Source: the human T2T-CHM13v2.0 reference genome, Homo sapiens. From it: 64,000 bases of DNA. This document shows positions 12,672 to 26,589 of the stretch, piece by piece. The stretch lies in assembly GCF_009914755.1 (NCBI RefSeq), contig NC_060944.1; one strand, written 5' to 3'. The notes below the pieces were generated by a model, which saw nothing but the letters and a program-made list of their open reading frames with translations, ran no database searches and was not told the origin of the DNA. The position numbers and the translations under genes were made by a program. The number at the start of each line of letters is the position of its first letter. Positions within the stretch are counted from its first letter, which is position 1.

Positions 12672-13048
12672 GATGGCTCGATCTAATGCTCTATGATTGT
12701 ATATGACTGATCCACTCCTTAACAGGGAACTTAGTCAAATACAGTCACATCATATTTATCACTCATATATCAGAATTCTATCTTTCAAATCAATAAGTTT
12801 ATTCGCCTTTTAATGAGAAACCACGTAGGAGGGCCCAAAAGATAGATTTTTATTTTAATGAATATATATGCCTTATCCTAAACCTCTGCCCTGGGGCCTC
12901 ACAAGTGGAGATAGGGTGGGTTTTGATATTGATTTTCCCTTAAAAGGCAAACAAGTACTTTACAATCCAATCGTATAAAAAGGTCGTGCCAGCACCACCC
13001 CTGTGGAGGTTTTTGCACACGTGAGGGAAAGGAGGTAGCAAACGTTAC

Positions 13049-13834
13049 CTTTGGAATGCACATTGTGGGCTCGGACAAGCGAGGGTAGGTGTAGGAGTTG
13101 TAGGAGTGTCCTTGGGGATGGGTTTTAAATGCACTTGCTCCAAATGGCATCATCGGTTCCTGGAGTCCCGAGCCTGACCTGGACCTCTGCCGCATGGTGG
13201 GCTGAGGGCTTGTCTGATTCAGGTACGAAGACTTTGGCCTCCTGTCATAGTCATCCAGGCTGGGTCCCCATTCACTTTCACTGTACGCCAGGCTCTCCTT
13301 GGAGCACCCGCTGGTCCCTGCAGTTCTAGAAGGTGTGAATTGGAATGAATAATCCAGAGGGGAGCTACTCGAGGCTCTCTGATACTCCCACTTGAGGTCA
13401 CTGTATTCACTTGGTTTGCTCAGTGAGTCCAAATGTGAGTGATAATCGGCAGAAAATCTGGCAAAATCGGATTTCAAAGGCTTCACCTCAGAATAGTAGG
13501 CCTCCCCGTGCTTCATTTTCATTACGTGCCCATTTTGCTTGGCTGCGTGGCTGCCTCTATAATACGGATCCAGATCATCTCCATAGAGACTCTTCTCCCT
13601 GTACTTTTCGGTCGTGTAGTCAGCAGTAGTATCGGATTCGCTGGAATACTGGGAGAAGGTGATGAAGCCATTTTCTTCCGCGTGGCCTGGACCGTGGCTG
13701 GAGGCTCCCTGATCTGGGGTGGGTGGGCTTTCTTTCCTTAGGGAGTTGGAGCGAGTCACCGAGATGTTGTCAAAATCCTCTAGCAGGCCGTTGATGGAGG
13801 TTTCCTTGCAGGGTTTGTTTCCTCTAACGATTGT
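13049..13834 (-). CDS. PAK5: Internal coding exon of PAK5/PAK7 (linker between CRIB and kinase domain, 262 codons)
   Basis: Minus-strand translation [43 protein letters not shown]...[15 protein letters not shown] matches my recollection of human PAK5. Acceptor ttccctctattattcccAG|ACA (AG at 13835-13836), donor AAG|GTAACG (GT at 13047-13048). 786 nt, no stops. Contains the group II PAK motif RSNSLR. Confidence 0.97.
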
Positions 13835-14970
13835 CTGGGAATAATAGAGGGAATATTGTTTAAAGAAAATATTTCATGGATTTAAATTGATGGTGGCATC
13901 CCACCCCCACTCCATCCAAATTAAACTACAGAAGAAAAAAGACCCCGGGAACACTTAACACAAAATGATAAAGAAAATGTGTTGATTGACTTCAGTGGTG
14001 AAATAAATCAAATAGTAAACAATCTCAAATTGCATTTTTCTTCTTACCTATCTCAACAGAGACATCAAATAACCATCAAAAAGCCATGTAGGAGACTACA
14101 TAGAATATAACTGTTTTATTTACCAGTTTACAGGCAAATCCCTTCCCCCTACTTCTTCTACCTAAATAATAAGCCCTAACCACCTAATGATGAGCTGATA
14201 ATTATAATTTAACACTCTATAACTGTTTGGTAATAAAAAATAATATTTATTACTGTTTTACATTCATTATTCAGATGATTTTCAAAACCAGAAGGCATTA
14301 TCACCCAACTATTAACATAACTAGAAATGGGTGTACATTTTTTGCCCTTATATGGAAGACATAATAACTGAGGTTATGAAATTTTATGGATGAGGCAGGC
14401 ACTTCCTGAAACTGTAATTAGGAAACAGACTGAAGATTATTTGTGTGATTTATGATCAAATGTGATATTCTTATTAAGTATATATACTTATACTATACTG
14501 CTTGTTTGTTATGGCCACACTTCTGTGTAACATCACCGCTGAATTTTGGATGGCTTAGTAATGATGGTTGCACCTGGATCTTAGTGACAAATTGTTCCCT
14601 TTAATGAACCTAAATAACACAAGAATACCAGGAACTGAAAGACATCGCAAACCACTTACAAAGCCCGTCAGCCGTGCCTTGACAATGACAGGATTTGCAG
14701 GCAAATATGATGGGGGTGGATAAAAGAACAAAGAACAAAGTGTTGTGACTTCAGACTTCCAGGATTTTAGGAGAAAAATACTTTTGAGCAAGTAGCAAGG
14801 AGTTCAAAACTATCTTGGATGGTACAATAGAAGATTTCAAACTGGAGGAAGAAGTCAAAGTTGTCCTGGAGCTGATGTTTTATAGATCTATCCATGGTGA
14901 AACAAAGGGTTTATTTTTTTTCTTTCCAAGAGTCCTGGACTAATAGTTTTGTACTATACCCTTTTCTTTC

Positions 14971-16915
14971 AAATAAAATTTTTATTCTAGAATAGTTTTA
15001 GATTAACAGAGAAGTTGCAAAGAGAATACAGAGTTCTCATAGACTTCTCATCCAGTTTCCCCTTGAGTTAATATCTTGCATTGCTATTAAGGAAACTCCA
15101 TGTTCCTATAGATTTCATTAATTTTCTCCTAGGGTTCTAGAGTCCCATCCAGGATAGTTCATTACATTTATTTGTTATATCTTCCGAGTTTCCTCTGATC
15201 TGTGACAGTTTCTCAGATTTTCCTTATTTTTTGATGACCTTGACAGTTTTGAGGAGTACTGGTGAGGTATTTTGGAGAATGTTCCTCCATTGGGGTTTTC
15301 TGGTGTTTTTCCCATGTTTAAACAGAGGTTATTTGGTTTGAGGAGGAAGATCAGAGAGTCAAGTCACATTTCATCGCATAATGTTTAGGGTACATATCGT
15401 CGACACGACTTAGGAATGATGATGTTAGCCCTGACTACCTGGGTGAGGTCATATTTTCCAGGTTTCTTATACACACAGTCACACTCCCCTTCCCTAGCTT
15501 TCTGTATATTGTATTCTTTGGGAACAAGTCAGTAAGTGTAGCGTCTACTCAAGGGTCAGGGATTTAAGCTTTATCTTCTTGGGTGTGTGTGTGTGGTGGG
15601 GGTAGGGTATCTATATAAAGTAGTTGGAATTCTTCTGCACAGGAGACTTGCTTATTTGCTCCCATTTACCTACTCATTCAATCATTTATTTATATATAAG
15701 GATGGATGGACTTATGGTTATTTATTTTATACTTTGGGTTATAAGCCAACACTCTGTTATTTGCCTTGTTGCTCAAATGGTTCCAGCTTTTGTCACTGGG
15801 AGTTCTCTCAGGCTGGCTGCTGTGTCCCTTTGATGATCCCTCTTCCTTTTATTTTTTGAGCACTTCCTTACTTTCTGTCCCTACAAGAAGCTCCAGGTTT
15901 ATCTTTTATTTTCCCTGCCCTTCCCCCCAAATCAGGCATTTCTCCAAGGAACGCTAATAGTATTAGAAATTAAGATTTGGTTCCAGGAATACTCATTGCT
16001 ACTGGGTGTCATTGCCAGGCCTCAGCAAACAGAGCTCCGAAATAATATGTTTGTAGACTAACTCATGAACACACTCACACACCTATAATTATATCCATCC
16101 ATCTGTATCTATATTAACCTAAACATAAATCCACATTAATGTCTCTGAATCTAATCAAGTACCACATAATTCATTCTTGCCATTTCCTTACCTGTAACTT
16201 CCTCTGCAACAGTAAAAAACATGGGCCCCACCATCTGCCAGTCATTTGCCTATTCAGTGCTAGTATAACTGTTCAGCAGTTTCAGATTAACTCACTCTAC
16301 CATGAGAAACAACTTTGTCAACTCAAGTACCATGTTTAAGTCCAGTTCTTTAAAATTCCTTTACACTTATAGTTTGCATTCAAAGCACTGTTTCCAAAGT
16401 TCCTTAAGTTAGTGTCTTTTTTCCTGCACCCCCTTCAATGAGGTTATGTTATAAATGTATAGCTGTTGGATTCTTTGGTCACATTCTGCATTCTATCCCA
16501 GGATCCTCTGATCTTCTGGTTTATTTTTTGTTGTTTTTTGAAACTACGTACATTAATTAACTCTTTGTGCTGCAAAGCTCTATGGGTATTGACAAGTGCA
16601 AAGCATCATGTATTCACTGTTAGAGTGCCATACAAATTAGTGCCACCAGCTGCAAAAATATCTCCTGAGTTTCCTCTAGTCAAACATTACCCTCTCCCCA
16701 AACCCTTGATATCACTGATCTGTTTTCTGTCCTTATTGTTTTGTCTATTCCAGAATATCATATGGATGGAATCATACAGTCTGGAGCCTTTCAGCTTGAC
16801 TTCTTTCACTGAGCATAATATAGTCAGTGTTCATAAACTAATATCCTAGTCTTTTTTTTGCCTATTCCTTTTTTATTCCATAGTGTGGAATTCATTATAT
16901 GGAATGTAGTCATTG
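14971..16915 (-). mobile_element. Ancient L1 (L1MC/L1MD-type) 3' region
   Basis: ttttattctagaatagttttagattaacagagaagttgcaaag terminus; ttttgaggagtactggtgaggtatttt. Confidence 0.8.
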
Positions 16916-17142
16916 TTGAGGGTGGTGCATAAATTGATGGATTGATTGCCAAAGTAGGGGATGCTCTGTTGGAGCCTCCCTTAGAGAAAGAAAGAATCAT
17001 GTATATAACCTGGGACCTTTCCTCAGAGGAACAACATCCATCCTCACCCCACAGATTAACTTGGGAGAAACAATAACTGTGAAGAGTAAAAGATGAGCAG
17101 CCTTGGCAGAGGAAAGATGAAACAGCTATAACTCAGCCTTAA

Positions 17143-17514
<372 letters not shown>

Positions 17515-20502
17515 TTGTTTACCACTTCTCTATTTCCTCAGGGTGGCCTTCAAGCCCTCTTAGACATCTGTTCTGCTTCCTTCTATGGATTTAAACTTCT
17601 GGCCTCCTTTCCTATTCAATAATGTCTTGCACTGTTTTTTAAAAGAAAACAGAAACAGTTTGTTTGTATCACAGTGTATCAACTAAAAGTTTTTCCTTTT
17701 GGACAGAAATTATACTCTTGCACATTTTCTACTCCCTCTCTTTATGAACAATAGGCAGGTTACTCAAACAAAATGTCATCAGGAATTCATGGTTCCTCCA
17801 AAAGAGCTTCCTGGTGTGTTTAATCCCAGGCATTTGTGTTGACAGATGTGCCACATGGGTAATGAGTGTAAGGCACACCAAGGTCTTAAAGGGCCCTTCT
17901 GAATCACTGGATCTACTCGGATAATCCTTTAGCAAAAATCTTATCTTATCCAGACTTTCTCTGAACTTGATAAACAATGCTTAACTATATTAGATTTTTT
18001 TCATATTCAATGTTACCTTTAGCTCTATATCCTAGAAAAATATTATTTCTTTAAATTCTATCCATCTTAAACAATATTCCAATTATTCTTTCTTGCCTGC
18101 CCCCCATGCCTTCCCATCTCTGAATACACAAAATATTCAGTCTGCTACCATGGAATCACTTCCAGCATCTTAATTTTGGAAAGAGTCTAGGTCACCTCTT
18201 CTTTTTACTGAGTAAAACCTGAAACCTGGAGTTGACTTTGCCAACAATATTTAACAAACAGGGGATTTGAACCCAAGTCTCCTTTCTCCCAGTCTAGGTC
18301 TCTTTCTATGGTATGCTTTAGACTCTTTTAGGCTAAACAAAATATTACCAGTAAGCAATGCAACGTTGGTGTGTGACATCACAACCCAGCAAATTGGCCA
18401 TTGGTCATTGTGGTGCATATTTCTATCGTGCGCTCCACTCTCAGAAATTAGTTGCTGAATGTACGGAATATGGATAATTCTAGATTCCAATTTCAATTTC
18501 AGTGCACACTTGCTATGTGATTTAATTTCATTCTTTATTTCATTACCTGTTCTCTTATTTGTAATAGGGATATTATCACTTGATGGTATTTAGTGATCCC
18601 CTTCCCCCTAGAATTGTAGCTGCAGATAGAAGGAGGTGCTAGAGAACAGTTTTAAAACATCCTAATGCCCTCAACGAAAACACTGCCTTCAGTGGACGGA
18701 AATTTGTAAATATGATATGAATTAAGAACATTTCTACACATTCATCAATGAAGGCTAAGAAAAGCATGAAGATTATTTAAAAAATGATCAGAGAAAAGCA
18801 AGCTAAAAGTCTAGGGAAAGTTTCTGGAAGAAAAGAACTATGAAGCACATCTAGGAGGAAGCAATAGATGTAACTAGAGAGAGAGAAAAAAGAGATAATC
18901 ACCAGCTCATCATTTACTGGACAACTGAGGCTCAGAGGTGATCTGTATGCCTTCAGATGCTACCATCTTTGGGGTCAGGATGGAAATTGTGAATACAGAA
19001 GAAAGGCTCTCTGCTCATATCAAATTGGTATCCCAATTATTTGTTTGGAATTTATGTCCAAAAAACCTATTAGTTCATCTTCACAAATTAACAAATGTCT
19101 GTGATGGGGGGTAGACTGTTAGTGTTAGAAATTCACCACTAGGACACAGGTAATTTAGAAGGAAAAAAAATCATTCCCTGTGTGATTCCTTTGAGATAAG
19201 AGCATTATTGAACACCTCCTTTGGAAGTTACAGGTCCCTTAAATCTCCCTATTTTTACACTAAAACCCTTCCAATTTGATTAATGAGTTGATTGGGTAGA
19301 CTTTAAACTAACACTTCATTTTTGAGAAATACTGAAATAATAAAATTTACATGTCAAAAAGAGGCATCTATTTATCCTAAAATATCTATAGATGGATAAA
19401 AAACAGAACTATAGTATCTATGTGTCTAGGCCTATACTACCTATCAATATTTTTAGATTACTAAGAACAACATAATGAAGGCCTATTAAATAGAGCTTTT
19501 TCAGTCATTAATCGTGCTATAAATATCTTATATTTAGGAAATTAATAAACAAAAGGAATCAATACAATTTCATAGGGATTTTTTGTCTCCCAAGTGTGTT
19601 CATTAACATTTCTATAGGAGATTAGAGGGTCACTATTTCATCATGTGAATTAATGTGTGGCCTCAGAACTGGGGACCTGCTCTTTCTGTGCACTTGTCAC
19701 CAGGTATCCCGAGAAAAATATTAATACTGCTATAAGCTAAATGCTATTTAGAAGAAATGACAAAGACTGCCAATTGATAAGAAACATTGTTTAAAAATGT
19801 AGTATTTATTATCATTATTTTGTATCTTAGGCTTATAGCACTTATGAGATAGGTAATATTAAGTGTTATCAAACCTTTTTAAGTCACTGTCTCTTAATCC
19901 ATAAAACATTGAGACTAGATCCTTACCTCACAGAGTTAATGTGATTATTTAATACAGTAATATGTGTAAAAAACTTGGCATGATTCCTGACGTATACAAA
20001 GTACTTATAAGTGCTAGTTACTTAACTATTGGCCAGGGCGGGGTGGCGGGCTGCAGTGGTAAATTTTACTTTTAAATTAGGTTGATAATAAATGAAGAAG
20101 AAAGGAAGCTACAAACAACACCTAGAAGAAATAAATCTAGCTTCATATGGTGGGAAAAAAGGGATAATTGATGTGGGAGACTTTAAAGTACTATTAGTAA
20201 CTTTAGATACAAAATACATATTTCTTGAATTTAAACAGATGTATCTCAAATTAATTACAATTGTTACATAAATATTCCTTCTGAGATCTAAAAAGCGGAA
20301 TACTTTCAAATTAACAATCAGCATTCTATAGTTATTCTTCTTAAAAACGTAATGTATGAGTCAGAAAAATTAACCAAGTTAGACTTTCAAGATTTAAATG
20401 GAAAGATAGGTATAGAAAAGAAAAGTTGATAGAAATACAGTAAAATTTTGATAGTGGCTGTCATCTCAGGGTGGGAAGACTAGGGGTGATTTATATTTCA
20501 GT

Positions 20503-20655
20503 CCAGTGCTTCTCAAACTTTAAAGTGCACACAAATCACCCAAGTATCTTGTTAAAGGGAGACTGTGATTCAGTAGGTCTGGGTGGGGCCTGGGATGCTA
20601 GAGTTCCAAAAAGCTCTCAGGTGATGAGGATGATGGTCGGAGGGTTACACTGTGT
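20503..20655. mobile_element. MER5-family MITE
   Basis: cagtgcttctcaaacttta...gattcagtaggtctgggtggggcctg. Confidence 0.75.
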
Positions 20656-22502
20656 ATACAATGGGGTTAATGCATTTTCTAGATCTTCTACAATCAGGGT
20701 TACCTTTATAACAAAAAAGTTAGACTGAGGTATGCTTTTCTGTATAAGAAGAGTCAGCATTATATGTATATACATACATATATATAAGTTGTATTAAATA
20801 TGCATTTTATTAACTATCTATAATATAGTGTTAAATGTACTATATGTATTGTATTCTATATATACATACATAGCGCTAAGTACGTTTACACTATATATAC
20901 ACATTGGGAATTACATGTTCATTTTCTCATTCCCTTTGAAGATGAAACATTTCTCCAGCTTAACCAAAACGATGACTTCCATTTATTTCACCATTTTGGT
21001 ACACCTGCTTCTTTAGCACCATGCTCTTACTATAAGGCTAGAAGCCTTAGAGTTATTGATGAACAAAATCCGAACACTACAAAAGATATGATGTGGTTAC
21101 AAACATTTAGAAAGAAGAAATTTTAATCACCCAATAGTAAAAAAATGAAAGAAAAATCTAAAAGCCAACCAACCAACCAAACAAAAGGGCAAAGAAACTA
21201 AGGCATGTCCTAAGACAGTCTTTTCTTGGATTTCATTTCCATGGTTAGCATTTGAAAATGTTTGTTGATGGTATAAATGTATCACACTTTAAATAAAGCA
21301 CACACTCTTCCGTTTCAATGAAAACTATTAGCTCAGTGTTAATAAGCAGGGGGTTGCAAAATGTAAATGTTTGTTAAAAACAAATTAGTGCCCCACCCAA
21401 AAAAGTATAAGAAAAGAAGACCTGTTAAATCAGAACCAAGGCAGTATTTGTTTTGCTGATACAGGTTTCACTTTATAGAATCATAAGTGGCAAAGCAGTA
21501 ATAATGAAAATCCAAACATGCAGAGTTTTCCAACACGGTTTAACCAGGCTTCCAAACAGAAGAACCACTAATTATTATTGTCCGTCTCTGGTGTTCATTA
21601 AAGCAAAATTGTGCACTTTTATAGAGATCAATAATACAATAACTGCAAGAGGATTGGTGGATTTTATGCCATGGAACCTCCAGGCATTAAAAATCAATGC
21701 AACCCAATCTATTTGAGTTTGAAGCCATGGTGCTCATTGTCTTTCCATTGTACCCTGGACCAGCTCAGCATCTATTCAGGCTCCCAGTGACAGTGGCCAT
21801 ATTTCATAGTGCTCCTTCCATGGGCTGTTGGCTGGTGATAAGCTATAATGGATCTGTCTGTGAAAACAGCTGTCTCCCCTTGTTCCCCGAAAAGAGATGA
21901 AAAAGTGCCTCTGCCCTCACAGACTGTATTAACCTTGACAATAATGAAGTGTGTAATTAACAGCTTTGCCCTAATAGGACCTCACATCTCTTTTTCAAAA
22001 GCAGTATCTTCTGTGTGCCTCAAACGTGTTTCATTTTGTCTTTCAGGTAAATATAGCTCAGGAGGTTAATAAGCTAAATATTTCCACAACTGAAGTATAA
22101 ACAAAGATTCTCTCAGAACTTATGTACTTTTAAACTGTCTATCTAAATTCTTACCCTGTTGGTAAAGAACTGTCTTCCTTGTTTTTATTAAGGCAGGTAG
22201 CTGGAAACATCAGGTAACATAGTCACAACAAACAGATTTGATCTACTTAGATCCTTATAGGAAGAAACGGTAACTCTTGTTTGGATTTTGTAATATCATT
22301 AGATATTTTCAATAAATATTTTCACTCGCTATTACCAATAGATATTTTATCTATTTTCTTTCAGTTCTCTACATATACCTTTTATTTGGTAACAACAGTG
22401 GTTGGGGCTAATTGGGTGAACATTTGAGCATTGCATATCCCTGGAAAACAAGATAATTCAGGCAACATATTTCAGAGTGGAGGTAGTGGTAAGGGATTCT
22501 AA

Positions 22503-22794
<292 letters not shown>

Positions 22795-22897
22795 GCAAAC
22801 TTAGGTTACTCATAAAGGTAAGGCATCTGTCTCTTTCTATTCTAAGACTTAAAAACATTTCATCTTTAAAAATCAAGATGCTTTAATATATTACAAA

Positions 22898-23173
22898 TTT
22901 TTTTTTTTGAAGACAAGGTCTTGCTCTGTCTTCCAGGCTGGAGTATAGTGGTGCAATCATAGCTCACTATAGCTTCAAACTCCTGGGCTCAAGTTATTCT
23001 GGGTAGCTAGGAATACAGGCATGTGCCAAAATGCCTGGCTAATTAAAAAAAAAATGTAGAGAGGAGGTCTCATTATGTTGCCCAGGGTGGTCTCAAACTC
23101 CTGGCCTCAAGTGATCTCATGCAACAGCCTCCTGAAGTGCTGGGATTACAGGTATGAGCCACCAGGACTGGCC
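22898..23173 (-). mobile_element. AluJ with a small internal deletion
   Basis: caatcatagctcactatagcttcaaactcctgggctcaag J-type diagnostics. Confidence 0.88.
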
Positions 23174-23175
23174 AA

Positions 23176-23457
23176 GAATTGTTTTTAATGTGCTACTAGG
23201 AAATGTAAAATTAAATACGTGGCTTGCATTTTACTTGTATTGAGCAGAACTGATCTAGAGCAGAAGTCAGGAAGCCATGTGACTCATGGGCCAAATCTGG
23301 CCCTCTGCCTGTTTTTGTAAATATTTACATATGGTGAGAGTATGGCTGGATTTGTGCACCACAATGGTAGGGTTGAGTTGCAAGAGAGACTATATGGCCT
23401 GCAAGGTGTAAAATACTTACTCTCAGGCCCTTCACAGAAAAAGTTTGCTGAACCCTG
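23176..23457 (+). mobile_element. MER33 3' end followed by MER58A (23261-23457)
   Basis: tttaatgtgctactaggaaatgtaaaatt; then gggccaaatctggccc...cagaaaaagtttgctgaaccctg flanked by atctaga. Confidence 0.75.
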
Positions 23458-25044
23458 ATCTAGATACACAGGTCTCATCTTTGGAGGGAAAACTCTGCTA
23501 GTATTTGATTCATGGGCTGTGCCAAAAAAAAAAAAAAAAGAAATAAGCCTCCCCAAAAGCTGAATGTGGTTTCTTAGAGGGAGGGAGTCATATGGCACCA
23601 CAGGCATCACTTCGTTTACTGTCTGCAGTTCTGTCACAGAGGAGGACATGAAACACAGTTCTCCCCACTCCTGAAGAAATGCAGTTTGTTGGCCAAGTCA
23701 ATTGACTAGAATAAGCAACCCAAATAAACAACCCAACACTGTTCGCAAATGAGCTTTTCTGGAACAGCAATTCGAGAAGCAGACTGGCCAAGTTCTTGCT
23801 GGGTGGTAAGGTCACCTTAGGCAACAGTAGGTGTTGTGGGCATAAACAAGAATCCATCATTTCCTCCCTCATGCCCTGTCCTCCATATGATCTGAACTTT
23901 AAAGAATTTGTGAACTGACGAATAAAATGACTGCCATCAGTCCGTAAATTGGTTTAATAAGAGTTTCTAGTCACTACCATGGATTAAACACTTGCTGTGT
24001 GCCAAGATGATTAGAAGTATTTTTCCAATATATAATAATCATAATATGACTCCAAGGTATGGCATTATTACCCCTTTATAAGAAGGAAGAAAGTGAGGCT
24101 CAGAGAGGCCAAGGAATTTTCCCAGTGTCACTCAGCTAGCAGGTGGGAGGTTTGAAAGCAAGGCTCACACCTACCTGTTACAAATGCTGCCTCTCTATAG
24201 AATATGAAAACCACAACACCCTGTCAGCACCCTCAACTTCAACTCTCAGGAGTAGAAAGGATAGTCAAAACCCAGAAAGACAAGCTCCAAACCCTTTGAG
24301 ATACAATGAAAGAAATGTAAGCATATTCTGTGGGGGGCAGAATATAAAATATTTCCAGAAACAAAGCTTTTTAAAGAAAGGATGTTCAAAACTCAGAATT
24401 TATGGAAATTGGGGAAAAATAAGTTGACTGGTCTTTGAAATAATTAGCCTTTAAAGCAACTTGAAAATTCTTTCTCTATAACAAAGGAAATGTTACATTG
24501 CATTTACTCAAGATTCTGACATTTAAAAATGTAATAACTAATAAAACATGTAGTCTACATATCAATTGCAACTACCTCCCCAAATCAACCAACTGATTAA
24601 ATTATGCTCTAAATATTGCTAATATGCAATGCTAAGGGCCACAATGTATTGCATTCTCTTATAGTACAAGGCATATTTATTTTAAATTTAGCCAAGAAAA
24701 ATTTACCTTTGCATGTCCTAAATTTAAATTTCTGTTGTTGTTGTTGTTTTACCTGACATTTCAAACAATCTTTACAAATGTGGAAATTATCTCTTGGAGG
24801 CATAATAAATGTTAAGAAACTTGTTAATCTGGAAATAAAACCAGTAGGCAGTCAAATAACATTTTAAACTATAAAGTTGGTATTGTAACTATGCACTGTA
24901 ATTCATATTTCAGAAATTGACTGTTCTTAGATGCCAAGAAAAGAGTATGCCTTATGCAAAAAATAGAAGAGAAAAGTTGCAATCCAAGTCTTCCATATGT
25001 CTCAAAAGTTTGAAACTTCTAACCCCATTAAATATTAAGGTCAT

Positions 25045-25485
25045 CACGGACATAAAGATGGAGAGAATAGACTCTAAGAACTCTAAAAGCAGGGATGGGA
25101 GATGGTGGATAAGGAATGAGGGTTGAAAAATTACCTGTTGGGTACAATGTTCAATATTTCAGTGATAGGTACACTAGAAGCAGAACCCCCACCACTATGC
25201 GTGTAATATCCATGTAACAAACAAGCACATGTACCTTAGTCAGCTTTACCAAACATTCCTTGATATTCATTACTAATTTCTCTTTGGTGATCAAAGTCAG
25301 AGTACTAGTTACCCCTAGGGGAAAGGTGCTCACTGGGATGGGGCCCAAGGGAACTTTCTGGGTGATGAAAATGTTGTATATCTTGATCTTGGTTGTGGTC
25401 ACAAGAATACATACATTTGTAAAAATTTGGCATACTTTACGTTTATGATTTGTATATCTTATTACACATAAATTATTCCTTTGTC
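25045..25485 (+). mobile_element. L1PB-like 3' end (25045-25237) and L1ME-like 3' end (25285-25485)
   Basis: gagggttgaaaaattacctgttgggtacaatgttca; gaactttctgggtgatgaaaatgttgtatatcttgatc. Confidence 0.7.
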
Positions 25486-25920
25486 AAAATACATTGGAAT
25501 TGCACCAAACCAAAAGTTTGCTTGACTTGTCCAGCAAATATGCAGCACTCTATGGGCAGCTTCTGCAAAGGTGGGACATTGGATATACTCAGAATGGGTG
25601 TTTGCCAGGCAGCTGTCATGCAAGTAGGTAGGTAGCAATGGGCACTAGAATGTGGATGAACCATGCAGTTTAAGCTGAAAGGAGATTATTAAAGGAGAGT
25701 GCTGATAAGTAAGGAGAATGCAGCAAGGTCAAAGACTGAAAGTCTAAGGGAGAGAGAACAGGTGTTGTGGGATGTGGCTGTGGGTGGGTGGCTGGTTCAG
25801 AGGGGAAGAAAATCCCATCTCTTAAACCCAATCAGAGATACAAGCCCGTAGCTGAAATATTCCAGTAACTCTTAGCAAATGCCAAAGAAATGATGCTATT
25901 CATACTATTAGGAGTTGGCA

Positions 25921-26220
25921 GGGCTGGGCACGGTGGCTCAAACCTGTTATCCAAGCACTTTGTGTGGCTGAGGTAGGAGGACTGCTTGAGGCCAGGACTT
26001 CCAGACCAGCCTGGGCAACATAGCTAGATCCCTTTTTTTTTCTACAAAGAAAAAAAAAATAGCTGGGCATGGTGGCAAGTGCCTGTGGTCCCAGCTATTC
26101 AAGAGGCTGAGGTCGGAGGATCCCTTGAGCCCAGGAGTTGGAGTTTGCAGTCAGGTATAATCATACCACTTTACTCCAGCCTGAGCAACAGAGTGAGACC
26201 CTGTATCAAAAGAAAAAAAA
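25921..26220 (+). mobile_element. AluJ, full length
   Basis: Dimeric Alu with ggatcccttgagcccaggag; flanks gagttgg on both sides. Confidence 0.9.
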
Positions 26221-26348
26221 AGAGTTGGTAGGTTAGGCTCCCTTCATCCTCAATCTCTTTACCAATCCCACCAGTGGAGCCTGATGCATCTCTATGTACT
26301 AACTTGGCTTACCCAGAGAAACCTGCAAGTCTATGGTGCTTTCCTTTT

Positions 26349-26589
26349 TATTTATTTATTTATTTAAATTTTACTTTAAGTTCTGGTATACATTTGCAGA
26401 ACGTGCAGGTTTGTTACATCTAGGTTTTAAGCCCCACATGCATTAGGTATTTGTCCCAGTGCTCTCCCTCCTCTTGACCCCCACTCCCCGGACAGGCCCC
26501 GGTGTGCGATGTTCCCCTCCCTGTCTCCATTTGTTCTCATTGTTCAACTCTGTTCAACCATTGTGGAAGACAGTGTGGCGATTCCTTAA
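26349..26589 (-). mobile_element. Short L1PA7/8-like insertion with a 5' inversion
   Basis: Antisense L1 3' UTR (26349-26550) plus a sense ORF2 fragment gttcaaccattgtggaagacagtgtggcgattcc; 14-bp TSD ggtgctttcctttt. Confidence 0.88.

Larger units (their letters stand above)
1..13048 (-). other. PAK5: PAK5 intron downstream of the exon (continues beyond window start)
   Basis: Begins with GTAACG on the minus strand. The next expected PAK5 sequence (VDYDRAQMV...) does not appear in the ORF track. Confidence 0.85.

Noticed and set aside
13129-13741. Plus-strand and alternative-frame ORFs overlapping the exon
   Set aside because: Short shadow ORFs of GC-balanced coding DNA with no recognisable homology.
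12899-13759. The 286-aa ORF as a stand-alone gene
   Set aside because: Its 'M' is an internal Val codon, and the frame extends upstream to a splice acceptor at 13834. It is a PAK5 exon plus intronic read-through.
20031-20060. Isolated GC patch ggccagggcggggtggcgggctgcagtgg as an Alu remnant or G4
   Set aside because: Too short to assign, and only three G3+ runs.
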